The translations under genes and the position numbers were made by a program. Shown here piece after piece: positions 1 to 11,749 of a stretch of DNA of 64,000 bases. Numbering within the stretch: position 1 is the first letter of the stretch; each line of letters starts with the position of its first letter. Under the pieces are notes generated by a model, which saw only the letters and a list, made by a program, of their open reading frames with translations, was not told the origin of the DNA and searched no databases. Origin of the DNA: Mobula hypostoma (taxonomy: Eukaryota); NCBI RefSeq assembly GCF_963921235.1, contig NC_086108.1, positions 89,096,001-89,160,000 on the forward strand. Reading direction: 5' to 3'.

Positions 1-295
1 TGGTCCAATTCTCTCACATCTTATCCTCTTTCTCTTCACATACTTGTAGAATGCTTTAGGGTTTTCCTTAATCCTGCTCGCCAAGGCCTTCTCATGGCAC
101 CTTCTGGCTCTCCTAATTGCATTCTTAAGCTCCTTCCTGCTAGCCTTATAATTTTCTAGATCTCTGTCATTACCTGACACCTGACCAGGTCCATTTCCCA
201 ATACCAGATCAAGTACAACCTCTCCTTTTGTTGGCTTATTGTGTCAGGAAACCTTCCGGAACACACCTAACAAACTCCACCCCATTTTAACCCTT
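1..295 (-). mobile_element. CR1-type LINE ORF2 fragment
   Basis: Minus strand reads ...KENPKAFYKYVKRK..., typical of the CR1 ORF2 linker; decayed. Confidence 0.7.
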
Positions 296-589
296 TAAAG
301 TAGCATTAACGCAGAACAGCAGTTTAGCGTTGGGTTTTTTTCTGGGTGAGTCAATGAAAGGACATTAACTCTTAATTCTTCAGTGATATTCCCATGTTTG
401 CTAGCTCTTTTCTTCTAATATGGAACTCACCTAAGTAATGTCAACAGTATTGTCATACATAAAGTTGATCATCACCAAGATTTTCAACCATGCTGACCTG
501 AACAATGACATTCCTCTGCTGAAGAGAAAATCTTCAATTTAGTGAGATTGCTACACTCTGCTCTGGACACAGCTTCCACAAGAATACAA

Positions 590-1380
590 ATTGAAGCAGG
601 AGGAATCCTCTCATCTTCTCAAACATGCCCCACCATTTAATATGATCTTGGCTGATCTCTCCCAGCCCTCAAATCTTCTTCCGTGCCACTTAGCCATAGC
701 TCTCAAGTTCCTTGCCTTTCAAATGTATATGGTATACATACTTCAATAATAAATGTATTTTGAACTGAAAAATCTATCTATCTCTGCTTTAAGTGCATCC
801 ATGATACAACCTCTACAACCCTCTGGGCAGGAGAATTCAATATATTCACCACCCTTTTCGAGAAGAGGGTTCTGTGCACCTCAGCTTTAAATGACCACTT
901 CTTATTTGGTATCTATGTTGCCTTGTTTAGGACTATCTGTCTAGCAATAAGCTTTAGTAAGATCAGCCCCTCATTCTTCTAAACTTCAAAGACAGCATAT
1001 CTAATTGTTTTAGCTATTCTTGTTGGAACAGCTATCTCTTTCCAGTAGTTAGCACAGCAAATCTCTTCTGGACTGCCTTCAATGTTGGTGTACACAATAC
1101 AGAACAGGCTCAAAATGGTACACAATATTCTAGATGTAGCCTCTCATCACTCAATAAAATTGGAACAAACATCTCTACTTCTAAACTCAGAGGTCAACAT
1201 ACCATTTACTTCCTAACTAGATTGTGTTTTTTGTTTCTCAAGACAAAAACACATAAAACTCTTTGTATTCTCTCCAATATTTCTCCATTTAGATAGTGGT
1301 CGCCTTTTGTTTCCTCTTATCAAGTGCATGGCTATTTTTGCATTAAACTTTCTTTGCCAAGTATTAGTCCCATTCAATTA
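590..1380 (-). mobile_element. Old CR1 3' fragment
   Basis: Degenerate similarity to the CR1 3' ends at 13165-13977 and 39797-40610. Confidence 0.6.
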
Positions 1381-1385
1381 ACCAA

Positions 1386-2044
1386 CATTCAGTGGCCACC
1401 TTATTAGGTATACCTGTGCATCTGCTTGTCAATGCAAATATCTCACCAGCCAATCATGCTGCAGCAACTCAATAGATAAAAACATGCAGACGTGGTCAAG
1501 AGGTTCAATTTTTGTTCGGACCAAACATCAGAATGGGGAAGAAATGTGATTGAAGTGACTTTGACCATGGAATGGTTGTTGGTGCCAGACTAGGTGGTTT
1601 GAGCATTTCAGCAACTGCTGATCTCCTTGGATTGTCATGCACAACAGTCTCTAGAGCAGGACTTCCCAACCTTTTTTATTCCATGGACGTTTAACATAAC
1701 CTGAGGGGTCTGTGGCCCCCAAGTTGGATACCCCTGTTCTAGAGTTTACAGAGAATGATGGGGAAAAAGCTTTAAAAAACCTACTGAGCGGCAGTTCTGT
1801 GGGCAAAAATGCTTTGTTAATGAGAGAGGTCAGAGGAGAATGGCCAGACTGGTTCAAGCTGACAGGAAGGCGACAGTAACTCAGATAGCCACATGTTACA
1901 ACAGTGGTGTTCAGAAGAGCATCTCTGAGCACACAACACTTCAAACCTGGAAGTGGATGGGCTATAGCAGCAGAATAACACAACAAACTCTCAGTGGCCA
2001 CCTTATTAGATACCGGAGGTATCTAATAAAGTGGTCAATGAGTG
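1386..2044 (+). mobile_element. Non-autonomous Tc1/mariner element with transposase HTH remnant
   Basis: Terminal inverted repeats CAGTGGCCACCTTATTAGGTA / TATCTAATAAAGTGGTCAATG; ORF 1840-2082 MARLVQADRKATVTQIATCYNSG..ISEHT resembles a Tc1/Tc3 DNA-binding domain. Confidence 0.8.
1657..1736. mobile_element. 80-bp hAT-type MITE nested in the Tc1 element
   Basis: Ends CAGGACTTCCCAAC / GTTGGATACCCCTG; 8-bp TSD CTCTAGAG (1649-1656) / TTCTAGAG (1737-1744); related copy at 56809-56888. Confidence 0.8.
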
Positions 2045-2109
2045 TGTATCCTATTTCAGAGTCCAAATACCCTCCACACTGATCAGCACTGAAGAATGGC
2101 TCTTCATTA

Positions 2110-3050
2110 CATCTTCAAACACGTTTCTGTGGCTATAGTAGATAAGCAATGAATTCTTGTCAAAATCTATCGCTGTCCTTCATGTTTGACATTGACTTGC
2201 AACAATGATCTTCTGGACACCACAGACACCAATGGGATCTGTGCACAAGAAGAAATTAAATGGCCCAAATCTTTACTAACCCAAATTACTCTGGGAGCCA
2301 CAGTCTTCTTCATCTTTCTCAAAGAACCATTTTCTACTCAGGTTGGGCCTCCATGAGATGGTTCCACTTCAAGCATCTGACATCTTATAAAGTCTCAAGT
2401 ATAAGTTTTACATGCAGTTGGAGTTGTTTGTGACTTTCTGTTTCAAAGTCACAGTCTGAGCACCTTAGCCTCAGGGCCATTCTAGCCCACCACAACCGAT
2501 AGTTGCTGCATTCCAAAGCTTCTGCTCACTGCATTAATTTGATTGTTGACACTCTTTACTCCTCAAAGGGAGGCTTCATCTACTTCTGTAACAACCCAAA
2601 CGAGCAGGGTTATAGCTACAGGCATTTGCCACTGTATGAGAATTCCCCAAAGGGCATCCTCTTACAGGACAAGCATGGTAAATTCAGTTCTGTTTCTTAA
2701 TTACTTATTCAAAGGAAGGGACTGTATTCTCTCAGCATGCACTTAGGGGTCGACCATCAGAGGATTTTTCAAAATGTCAAATCCAGGTACACTGGTAACT
2801 TACTTGGTTAATTCATTCCTAGATAGTGGCAAGGATCTTATGCCTATCAGAATTTGCAACAGCCTTCCAGATGCTGCGGTTGGAAACACCTGCGACGATG
2901 GGGTCCAAGCCCTCAAGAGTTGAGTGCACAAACACCTACCATCTCTGGGAGGGAAGTCACATGCTTCTTCATAAGCTATCATGAAGGGAACAGGATTGCA
3001 ATGCTTGGTTGTTGGTAGGTAGGGTTAATACCTGACTTTCAAGAGCACTT
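2110..3050 (+). mobile_element. Highly decayed Ty3/Gypsy pol remnant (RT end, RNase H, integrase N-terminus)
   Basis: Frameshifted motifs in pol order: GH..DTNGI, ILAHHN, LIVDT, KGILLQD, GRDCILS..GFFKM. Confidence 0.4.
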
Positions 3051-3595
3051 GTGAGTTATGTTCTGGCTGGACTTAGTCCTCAAACTGCTGGAGAACAGTG
3101 CGGAAAGAACAGGTGCTGTTTTCTCCCGGTAAGGATTAGTTTTTAGTTCCAAGTGCTCCTGTTTTGTCACCCTGCAACCTTATCTTTCAATCTCTTTGAA
3201 TTATGGAGGACAGCATATGTATAAATGTCTCTCTCCAGAAGACGTCATCATGACCATCAAGACTTCAGTATTTCTACTATTTTTTAAATGTTTCTTAATT
3301 GTACATATGATTTTTTTGTGTTCTGTCGCTGAGCAGCAGTGAACCATCAGAGTTCTCTTTGGGAACTAGTTGACTTGATCAGCATTTCTGATCTGGCTAT
3401 TGTTCATATTGCACTTAATAAATCAAAAAAAATGAGCCACACTGCCCCAGAGATGAATTTTGGGGAAACAAATCTTATTGCCTGCTCAACTTTTAATTGT
3501 TTATTTAATGTCTGAGATCTGGGCATCACTGGCAGGTGAACATTTGTGACCCATGCTAACAACACTTAAGAGAAAGGTGGTGAGCTGTCATTTTC

Positions 3596-3860
3596 AGGGT
3601 GGCACGATAGCGTAGCAGTTAGCTCAATGCTTTACAGCTCTGGCTGTAAGATTGAGGTTTGATTCCAGCTGCTGTTTACAAGAAGTTTGCACATTCTCTG
3701 ACTGCCAGGTGTTTCCTCCTGGTGTTCTGGTTTCCTTCCAAAGGCATAAGGATTAGGGTCGGTGGGTTGTGGGCATACTATGTTGGCATCAGAAGCGTGG
3801 CGATACCTGCAGGCTGCCCACCACCATCCTCGCTCATCTTTATCTTGAATGACTGCAGTC
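3596..3860 (+). mobile_element. tRNA-derived SINE (V-SINE/HE1-like)
   Basis: Head GGTGGCACGATAGCGTAGCAGTTAGC...GGTTTGATTCC (A/B-box-like) followed by a central TTTCCTCCTGGTGTTCTGGTTTCCTTCC domain; related copies near 23820-24105(-), 30890-31145(-), 44030-44255(-), 48570-48810(+), 50840-51080(-), 59090-59365(+). Confidence 0.65.
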
Positions 3861-3949
3861 CTTCTAGTAACAATACACCCAATGTGTTGTTGGGAGTTCC
3901 AGAAATAATGATGGTCCAGCAAGATATCTCCAAATCAGGATTTTCTGTG

Positions 3950-4470
3950 ATTTGAATTGAATTGACTTTATTATTTCCATCCTTCACATTCGTGAGGAGT
4001 AAAAATCTTTATGTCCCATCTCCATTTAAATGTGCAATGTGCAATTTATAGTCATTTGCAATAAATAGTATGTACAACAGGTCAGTTAATATAGCATAGA
4101 AATACAATTGTATCAGAGTGAATTAATCAGTCTGATGGCCTGGTGGAAGAAGCTGTTCCAGAGCCTGTTGTTCCTGGCTTTTATGCTGTGGTACCATTTC
4201 CTGGATGGCAGCAGATGGAACAGTTTGTGGTTGGGGTGATTCAGGTCTCCAATGATCCTTTGGCTCTTTTTACGCACCTGTCGCTGTAAATGTCCTGAAT
4301 AGTAGGAAGTTCACATCTACAGATGCGCTGGGCTGTCTGCACCAAGACTTTGTCTGCAGAGTCTTGCAATTGAGAGAAATGCAGTTCTCATGCTAGCTCG
4401 TGATGCAGTCAGTTAGGATGCTCTCAATTGTGCCACTGTAGGAAGTCCTTAGGATTTGGGGAGTCATACA
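3950..4470 (-). mobile_element. Rex1/Babar LINE 3' fragment
   Basis: Short-repeat tail with AATAAA on the minus strand; similar to the other Rex1-like 3' ends in the window. Confidence 0.6.
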
Positions 4471-5394
4471 AAAATATGCAGGAAGTGATGTCCCCATGTA
4501 CCTTTCTTGGTGTATGAGGATTGTGGGTTTTGGAGATGCTGTCAGAGTAGCCTCATGAAGTACCCACTGTTCATTTTGAAGATGGTATACACTGCAGCCT
4601 GTTCACTTAATCAGAATTGCAGACCTGACAGCTGAACTGAATACAGCTACAATGACAGCCACTGCACAACCAAGAGCTTAATGGAGACCGCGGCAGAGGT
4701 GAGAGATCACTGTGTGCACCTTTGTAATGATCTATGATGCATTGCATAATTCAGCCATCAGGTATACTCAGCCACTGAACACTTCAGAACAACAGAGTTA
4801 TTCAATGAAGTCAGAAAGGCACTTCTGATTCTAAATCCCTTCCTGATTTAGTGTATGTCAGCTGCAAATGGGTATTGTCTCACTTTTCAGGAAATACACT
4901 CAGTAAGTCTAATGGCCTCATTTGAAACTACAACTGGATGCAAAACTCTGCAGCCCAGTTGACAAATCAGTCCGTTCCATCACAGATCCAGCTTCATACT
5001 TCAGTCATTTCCATCAGTCAGATTCCATTCTTCCCACAAACACACTGAAAAAGAAATAAGGCACTGGAGCTGTGCAATAAAGCAATTGAGGCAAATGCAT
5101 CTGTCCTTCCTCATGAGACTCTTCAAACAACCATAACTTTCCAATGACAGATGAGTTTCAAAGTCCAAGGCATGAATGATGGCCCAGTTCTCCGAAGTCT
5201 GTCATCTTGTATGCTCACAGTTCCAAACGTATCTCAAATCATTGGTAGCTGTCTCTGCCAATGGGATTAGACGCAGCTTGGCATCACATTGTATTACAGC
5301 TTTTTTAGGATAACCTGCCATCGTACGGTTCTGAATCACTGGTTTGAATCTACTAAATTGCTCATATGACCTAAAGTGAGGTTGACAACTGTAG

Positions 5395-6242
5395 TGTTAC
5401 ATACCTCAAGGAGATCTTGTGAGAATGATGTAATGGTCTTTTGGAGGTCACCTGATGTAGTTTTCCTGCCGATGTGAGGTCACGTGAGGACATGTTCACC
5501 ATGAGTATAAAGGTGAAGACCTCTGATGACGCAATTAGTTTTTTCCAGTTCGAATGCTAATGAGATACTCCGCTCCGCTGTGTATTTGCATTATGACGCA
5601 ATTTTGATTTTAAACGGAGTTTTATGTTCTAACGTAAGGTACAGAAGTACTGGGCCGGCAGTTTGACCAATCGCTGCTAGGTTTGTTAACGTATCTTTTC
5701 AGTAACATTGGAGAGTGAAGACGGGACCCTGAAGGAAACGTTCGATGGGTTTGGAAAGGATCGACCATTACTGAATTCGTTCAAAAAAGAGTGATCTGCA
5801 TGAGATAGCCTCTGCTAAAAGTGGCAGGAAGGCTGTGCAAGATTATTCTATGGAGGAAGGTCAGTGCCTTTAAAATTGTTTTATTTCCGTCGCCGTGAAT
5901 CCTGTGGAAAAGGCAGGATCCGACTGGGTGTGGCAGTGATGCTGTGTCTTCGAGGAATTCGTTACTTCATGAAAGTCTCTCCTAATTGACTATATAAATC
6001 TCTTGGACTTTAAAATTTACCATTCGAAGAACTGTGTTTGAATTTACCGCTTTACGAAATGTTTTCACATTTGTCGCTTTAAGAATCAGTACCGAGTGAT
6101 GATTTGTTGAACGGCCGCATAGCGGTTAACTTCCGGTTAAGGTTTTAATTTGTTTTTTATTGTTTATCCATGTTTAATAAATGTTTGGTTGTTTTTATAT
6201 AACCTGTCTCGATTGATATTCATTGTTGCCATTTGTGTAACA
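5395..6242 (+). mobile_element. Solo LTR (Gypsy-like), 848 bp
   Basis: TGTTACA...TGTAACA inverted termini; perfect 4-bp TSD GTAG (5391-5394, 6243-6246); TATAAA near 5506; AATAAA near 6176. Confidence 0.85.
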
Positions 6243-6756
6243 GTAGAGGCAGTAATGATTGCTGCCTGATGCTACAGTGCGCAAAGTAACATCCTAGGTT
6301 GCTCTCATATAGTTGGGTTCAATATGCTCTCTTGTGAATGTTGTGTAGGGTAAACGTTGAGAAACGGGCAAGCACTGTCTCAATGTACGCAGTCACCTAA
6401 AACATTCAATAATGCATAGGAATAAAAGCACAAACTGATTAAAGTTCAATAACTGGAAGTTTTAGCTTTGTCTCTCTCTCCACAGATGCTGCCTGACTAG
6501 CTAGCATTCAAAGCAATCCCATGTAACGTCAAATAGCGGGCAACTACTTTCAATTTAGAAGCCTCCAATTAAAATTATGTGGAGAGGGGGATCATTCTGA
6601 TGAAGGGAGAAAAGTTCAAAGTAAATTTATTCTGAAAGTATGTACCGTATATGTTTGAATATATTATTCTGACATTTACTTTCTTGTGGACTTTCACAAT
6701 AGAACAAAGAAATACAAGAGAATCAATGCAAAATTACACACAAAGACAGACAAACA

Positions 6757-7197
6757 ATGTACCAATCCATTATTACTGATAGGACAATCCTTAATAACCG
6801 TCCAGATATAATATTACAGGATAAACAAGCAAGAACAACTTACTTATTAGATATAGCCATTCCAAACATGCATAACGCACAGAAATCAATAAGTGAAAAA
6901 CATCAGAAATATGCTGAATTAAAAGAGGAAATTGAAAGACCATGAAATATGAACAGGATATATGTTGTCCCAACAGTAAGATCTACATCTGGTATCACCC
7001 CAAAGTCATTAGACAGTAGCATTAAACATTAGGCCAACACAGCAATTTTTATGTAAATCTCCAGAAAGACAGAATACTAAACACAACTTGAATAGTCTAG
7101 AAGCTCCTAGCAATTGAGAAATGAGTGTGTTTGGTTATGCCTGTACCTCAGGTTTTACCAGCTTTAGCTGAGAAAAAATAAAAAGATATTAATAATA
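6757..7197 (+). mobile_element. 3' fragment of an R4/Dong-type (restriction-like endonuclease) non-LTR retrotransposon
   Basis: ORF ...NNRPDIILQDK...TYLLDIAIP...EKHQKYAEL matches the RLE PD-(D/E)xK motif; continues through a stop as IYVVP..STSGITPK; ends in an A/TAA-rich tail. Confidence 0.75.
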
Positions 7198-7199
7198 AC

Positions 7200-8314
7200 T
7201 AAGTACTAAAGACCTGTGCTGATCAACTGGCTGCAGTGTTCACTGAGATCTTGAACCTCTTGCTTCGACAGTCTGAGGTACATATCTGCTTCAAGCAAGT
7301 TTCATTTATTCTTGTGCCTAAGGAGAACGTAGTAACCTGCCTCGATGCCTATTGTCCAGTAGCACTTACATCCAGAGTGATGAAGTGTTTTGAGAGGTTG
7401 GTGTTGAAGTATATCAAACCCTGCCTGTGAAGCAACTTGGATCTGCTCCAATTTGCCTATTGGAGCAACAGGTCCACAGCAAATGCCACCTTATTGGCTC
7501 TTCACTCATGCCTGGAATATCTGGACAGCAAAAACAGCAACAAGATGCCCTTTATTGATAATAGCTCAGCATTCAATACCATCACCCCCTCAAAACTAAT
7601 CAATAAGCTTCAAGACCTTGGAGACAATACATCCTTGTGCAATTGGGTCCTTGATTTCCTCACTTGCAGACCCCAGGCAGTACAAATTGACAACAACATT
7701 GCTTCCAGAATCTCCATCAGCACAGATACACATAAGGCTGTGTGCTTAGCCCCACGCTCTACCCTTTTTATACTTTTGGCTGTGTGGCTAAGCACAGTTC
7801 CAATGCCATATTCAAATTTGCTGATGACACCACCGTCGTAGGCCAAATCAAAGGTGGTGATGATTCAGCATATAGGAGGGAGATTGAAAATCTGGCTGAG
7901 TCATGGCATAACAACAACCTCTTACTCAATGTCAGCAAGACCAAGGAGCAGATTATTGACTCAGGAGGAGGAAACCAGAGGTCCATGAGCCAGTCTACAT
8001 CAGAGGATCGGAGATGAAGGGGTCAGCAACTTTAAATTCCTCAGTGTAATCATTTCAAAGGACCTGTCCTGGGCCCAGCACTTGAGAGCAATTATGAAGA
8101 AAGCATGGCAGTGCCTCTACTTCCTTAGGAGTTTGCAAAGATTTGGTATGACATCTAAAACTCTGACAAACTTCTATAGGTGTGTGAGTGGCTGCAACAC
8201 AGCCTGGTATGGAAACACCAGAACTCTAGTGTATATGGTCCAGTCCATCTCGAGTGAAGTCCTTCCCACCATTGACCACATCCACATGAAACATTGTCGC
8301 AGAAAAGCTGCATC
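7200..8314 (+). mobile_element. Rex1/Babar LINE RT region, decayed; 3' part resumes at about 10156-10530 after a Penelope insertion
   Basis: Motifs PVALTS.VMKCFERLV, LQFAY, SSAFNTI.P.KL, KFADDTTVVG. Confidence 0.85.
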
Positions 8315-10155
8315 CCACAAACCTGCCTGTCCTGGCCGACCTATGGTCTCAGCTTGCTCCTGCCCCACCTAACTCGTTTCTGCATACCTCGACACGGTTT
8401 TATCCCCCCTTGTTCAATCCCTTCCGACCTATGTTCATGACACTTCTCACGCTCTTAAACTTTTCGATGGTTTTAAGTTCCCTGGCCCCCACTGCTTTAT
8501 TTTCACCATGGATGTCCAGTCCTTATATACTTCCATCCCCCATCAGGAAGGTCTCAAAGCTCTACGCTTCTTTTTGGATTCCAGACCTAATCAGTTCCCC
8601 TCTACCACCACTCTGCTCCGTCTAGCAGAATTAGTCCTTACTCTTAATAATTTCTCCTTTGGCTCCTCCCACTTCCTCCAAACTAAAGGTGTAGTTATGG
8701 GCACCCGTATGGGTCCTAGCTATGCCTGCCTTTTTGTTGGCTTTGTGGAACAATCTATGTTCCGTGCCTATTCTGGTATCTGTCCCCCACTTTTCCTTCG
8801 CTACATCTACGACTGCATTGGCGCTGCTTCCTGCACGCATGCAGAGCTCGTTGGTTTTATTAACTTTGCCTCCAACTTTCACCCTGCCCTCAAGTTTACC
8901 TGGTCCATTTCCGACACCTCCCTCCCCTTTCTAGATCTTTCTGTCTCTATCTCTGGAGACAGCTTATCCACTGATGTCCACTATAAGCCTACTGACTCTC
9001 ACAGCTATCTGGACTATTCCTCTTCTCACCCTGTCTCTTGCAAAAACGCCATCCCCTTCTCACAATTCCTCCGTCTCCGCCACATCTGCTCTCAGGATGA
9101 GGCTTTTCATTCTAGGACGAGGGAGATGTCTTCCTTTTTTAAAGAAAGGGGCTTCCCTTCCTCCACTATCAACTCTGCTCTTAAACGCATCTCCCCCATT
9201 TCACGTACATCTGCTCTCACTCCATCCTCCCGCCACCCCACTAGGAATAGGGTTCCCCTAGTCCTCACCTACCACCCCACCACCCTCCGGGTCCAACATA
9301 TTATTCTCCATAACTTTCACCACCTCCAATGGGATCCCACCACTAAGCACATCTTTCCCTCCCCCCCCCTGCATTCCGCAGGGATTGCTCCCTACGCAAC
9401 TCCCTTGTCCATTCGTCCCCCCCATCCCTCCCCACTGATCTCCCTCCTGGCACTTATCCGTGTAAGCGGAACAAGTGCTACACATGCCCTTACACTTCCT
9501 CCCTTACCACCATTCATGGCCCCATACAATCCTTCCAGGTGAGGCAACATCTCCCAGTGGCCACACATTTTAATTCTACATCCCATTCCCATTCTGACAC
9601 GTCTATCCATGGCCTCCTCTACTGTAAAGATGAAGCCACACTCAGGTTGGAGGAACAACACCTTATATTCCGTCTGGGTAGCCTCCAACCTGATGGCATG
9701 AACATTGACTTCTCTAACTTCTGTTAATTCCCCACCTCCCCCTTGTACTCCATCTGTTACTTATTTTTATACACACATTCTTTCTCTCACTTTCCTTTTT
9801 CTCCCTCTGTCCCTCTGAATATACCCCTTGCCCATCCTCTGGGTCCCCCCCCACCTTGTCTTTCTTCCCGGACCTCCTGTCCCATGATCCTCCCTTATCC
9901 CTTTTGCCTATCACCTGTCCAGCTCTTGGCTCCATCCCTCCCCCTCCTGTCTTCTCCTATCATTTTGGATCTCCCCCTCCCCCTCCAACTTTCAAATCCC
10001 TTACTCACTCTTCCTTCAGTTAGTCCTGACGAAGGGTCTCGGCCTGAAACGTCGACTGCACCTCTTCCTAGAGATGCTGCCTGGCCTGCTGCGTTCACCA
10101 GCAACTTTTATGTGTGTTGCTTGAATTTCCAGCATCTGCAGAATTCCTGTTGTTT
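8315..10155 (+). mobile_element. Penelope-like element copy 1 (5'-truncated, GIY-YIG core deleted)
   Basis: ORF 8508-9542 with PLE RT motifs MDVQSLYTSIP, GVVMGTRMGPSYA, RYIYD (YIDD mutated), VHYKPTDSHSYL; pyrimidine-rich 3' UTR and hammerhead. Confidence 0.95.
10021..10058 (+). ncRNA. Minimal type I hammerhead ribozyme (PLE-associated)
   Basis: TAGTC-CTGACGA-AGG GTCTCGG CCT-GAAAC-GTC^GACTG: intact core boxes, stem I TAGTC/GACTG, palindromic ACGT stem III, GUC cleavage triplet. Confidence 0.85.
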
Positions 10156-10539
10156 TCCTTCATTAGGAGATCCCACCACCCAGTTTGTGCTCTCTTCTCA
10201 CTGCTGCCATCAGGAAGAAGGCACAGGTGCCTCAGGACTCACACCACCAGGTTCAGGCACATTTAGTGCCCATCAACCATCAGGCTCTTGAATCAAAGAG
10301 GATAACTTCACTCAACTTCACTTGCCCCATCATTGAAATGTCCCCCAACCTATTGACACACTTTTAAGGACTGTTCGTCTCATGTTCTTGATATTTATTG
10401 CTTATTTATTAATTCCGATTATTTATTTCTTTTTGTATTTGGTGAGGTCTTTCATTTATTCTATTATGGATTTGTTGAGTATGCCTGCAAGAAAATGAAT
10501 CTCAAAGTTATACATAGTGACATATATAAGAAAGCATTA

Positions 10540-11095
10540 TTCTATGGTGCACCACAACCTGGTATGGAAGTTGTCCTGTCCAAGACCGAAAGAAGCTGCA
10601 GAAGATCGTGAACATGGCGCAGCACATCACACAAACCAATCTACCCTCCGTGGACTCACTTTACACCGCACGCTGTCGGAGCAGTGCTGCCAGGATAATC
10701 AAGGACATGACCCACCCAACTAACACAGTTTTCGTCCCTCTTCCCTCCGGGAGAAGGCTCAGGAGCTTGAAGATTCATATGGCCAGATTTAGGAACAGCT
10801 TCTTTCCAACTGTGATAAGACTGCTGAACAGATCCTGACCCGGATCTGGCCCGTACCTTAAGTACCCTCCAAATATCCGGACCTGTCTCTCGGTTTTTTG
10901 GCACTACATTACTTTCCATTTTTCTACTTTCTATTTATGATTTATAATTTAAATTTTTAATATTTACTAATTTTTACTATTTTTAGTATTTAGTATTTGT
11001 AATCCAGGGAGTGGGAAGCGCAGAATCAAATATCGCTCTGATGATTGTACGTTCTGGTACCAATTGTTTGGCGGCAATAAAGTATAAAATATAAC
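10540..11095 (+). mobile_element. Rex1/Babar LINE 3' fragment
   Basis: ORF ...LPSVDSLYTARCRSSAARIIKDMTHP...LPSGRRLRS...RFRNSFFPTVIRLLN; AATAAA plus tail. Confidence 0.8.
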
Positions 11096-11749
11096 GTATA
11101 TGTACTTTGATAATAAATTTACTTTGAACTTTGAACTTTACTACTGAAAACATGTGCTGTAGAGTCCTTGAAATTGAGTCCATAGATTGTGGAATCAGTT
11201 CAGTGTCAGAGTGAGCGAGTTTATCCATGCTGGTTCAAGAGTCTGATAGTTGAAGAGTATTACCTATTCCGGAACCTGCTCGTGTGGGGTCTAAGGCTGC
11301 TGTACCTCCTTCCTGATGGCAGGAACAAGAAGAGAACACTGGCCTGGAAGGGCCCTGATCATGCATGCTGCTTTCTTGTGGCAGAACTGCATGGAAACTT
11401 AGAAACTTCACATGAAAAACTCGTGTAAAGTAACAAAATAAGTATGATAACTCAAATCTCAAATCTGTCAGCAAAGGATAGAAAATACAAAGTAAGTATA
11501 AGCCGATTCAGAATCAGGTTTAATATCACAGGCATTTAGAGGCAGAATTCATAGCATGTAAGTAAATTAATAGCTAAAGGAGAAATAAATGAACACCATC
11601 TAAAGCTATTACAGAAACATAGTTGCATAGTGATCATGCTTGGAAGCAAATATTCCAGATTGTTATTGGTTTGCAAAGCAGCAAAATGTAAGAGGAAGTG
11701 GGGTGGGTGTAACACTAATAATGAAAGACAGGATGCAGGTTGTAGAGGG

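Noticed and set aside
440..600. Trypsin-like motif NNDIPLLK suggesting a serine protease exon
   Set aside because: The same frame reads LIITKIFNHADL...R....DCYT, which fits a decayed Rex1 endonuclease GDFNHANL motif better; stops are present
3596..3670. tRNA gene
   Set aside because: No complete cloverleaf; it is the head of a SINE
9743..10291. 182-aa Pro/Leu/Ser-rich ORF and similar ORFs at 16009-16480 and 25435-25768
   Set aside because: Translation of the pyrimidine-rich Penelope 3' UTR and ribozyme
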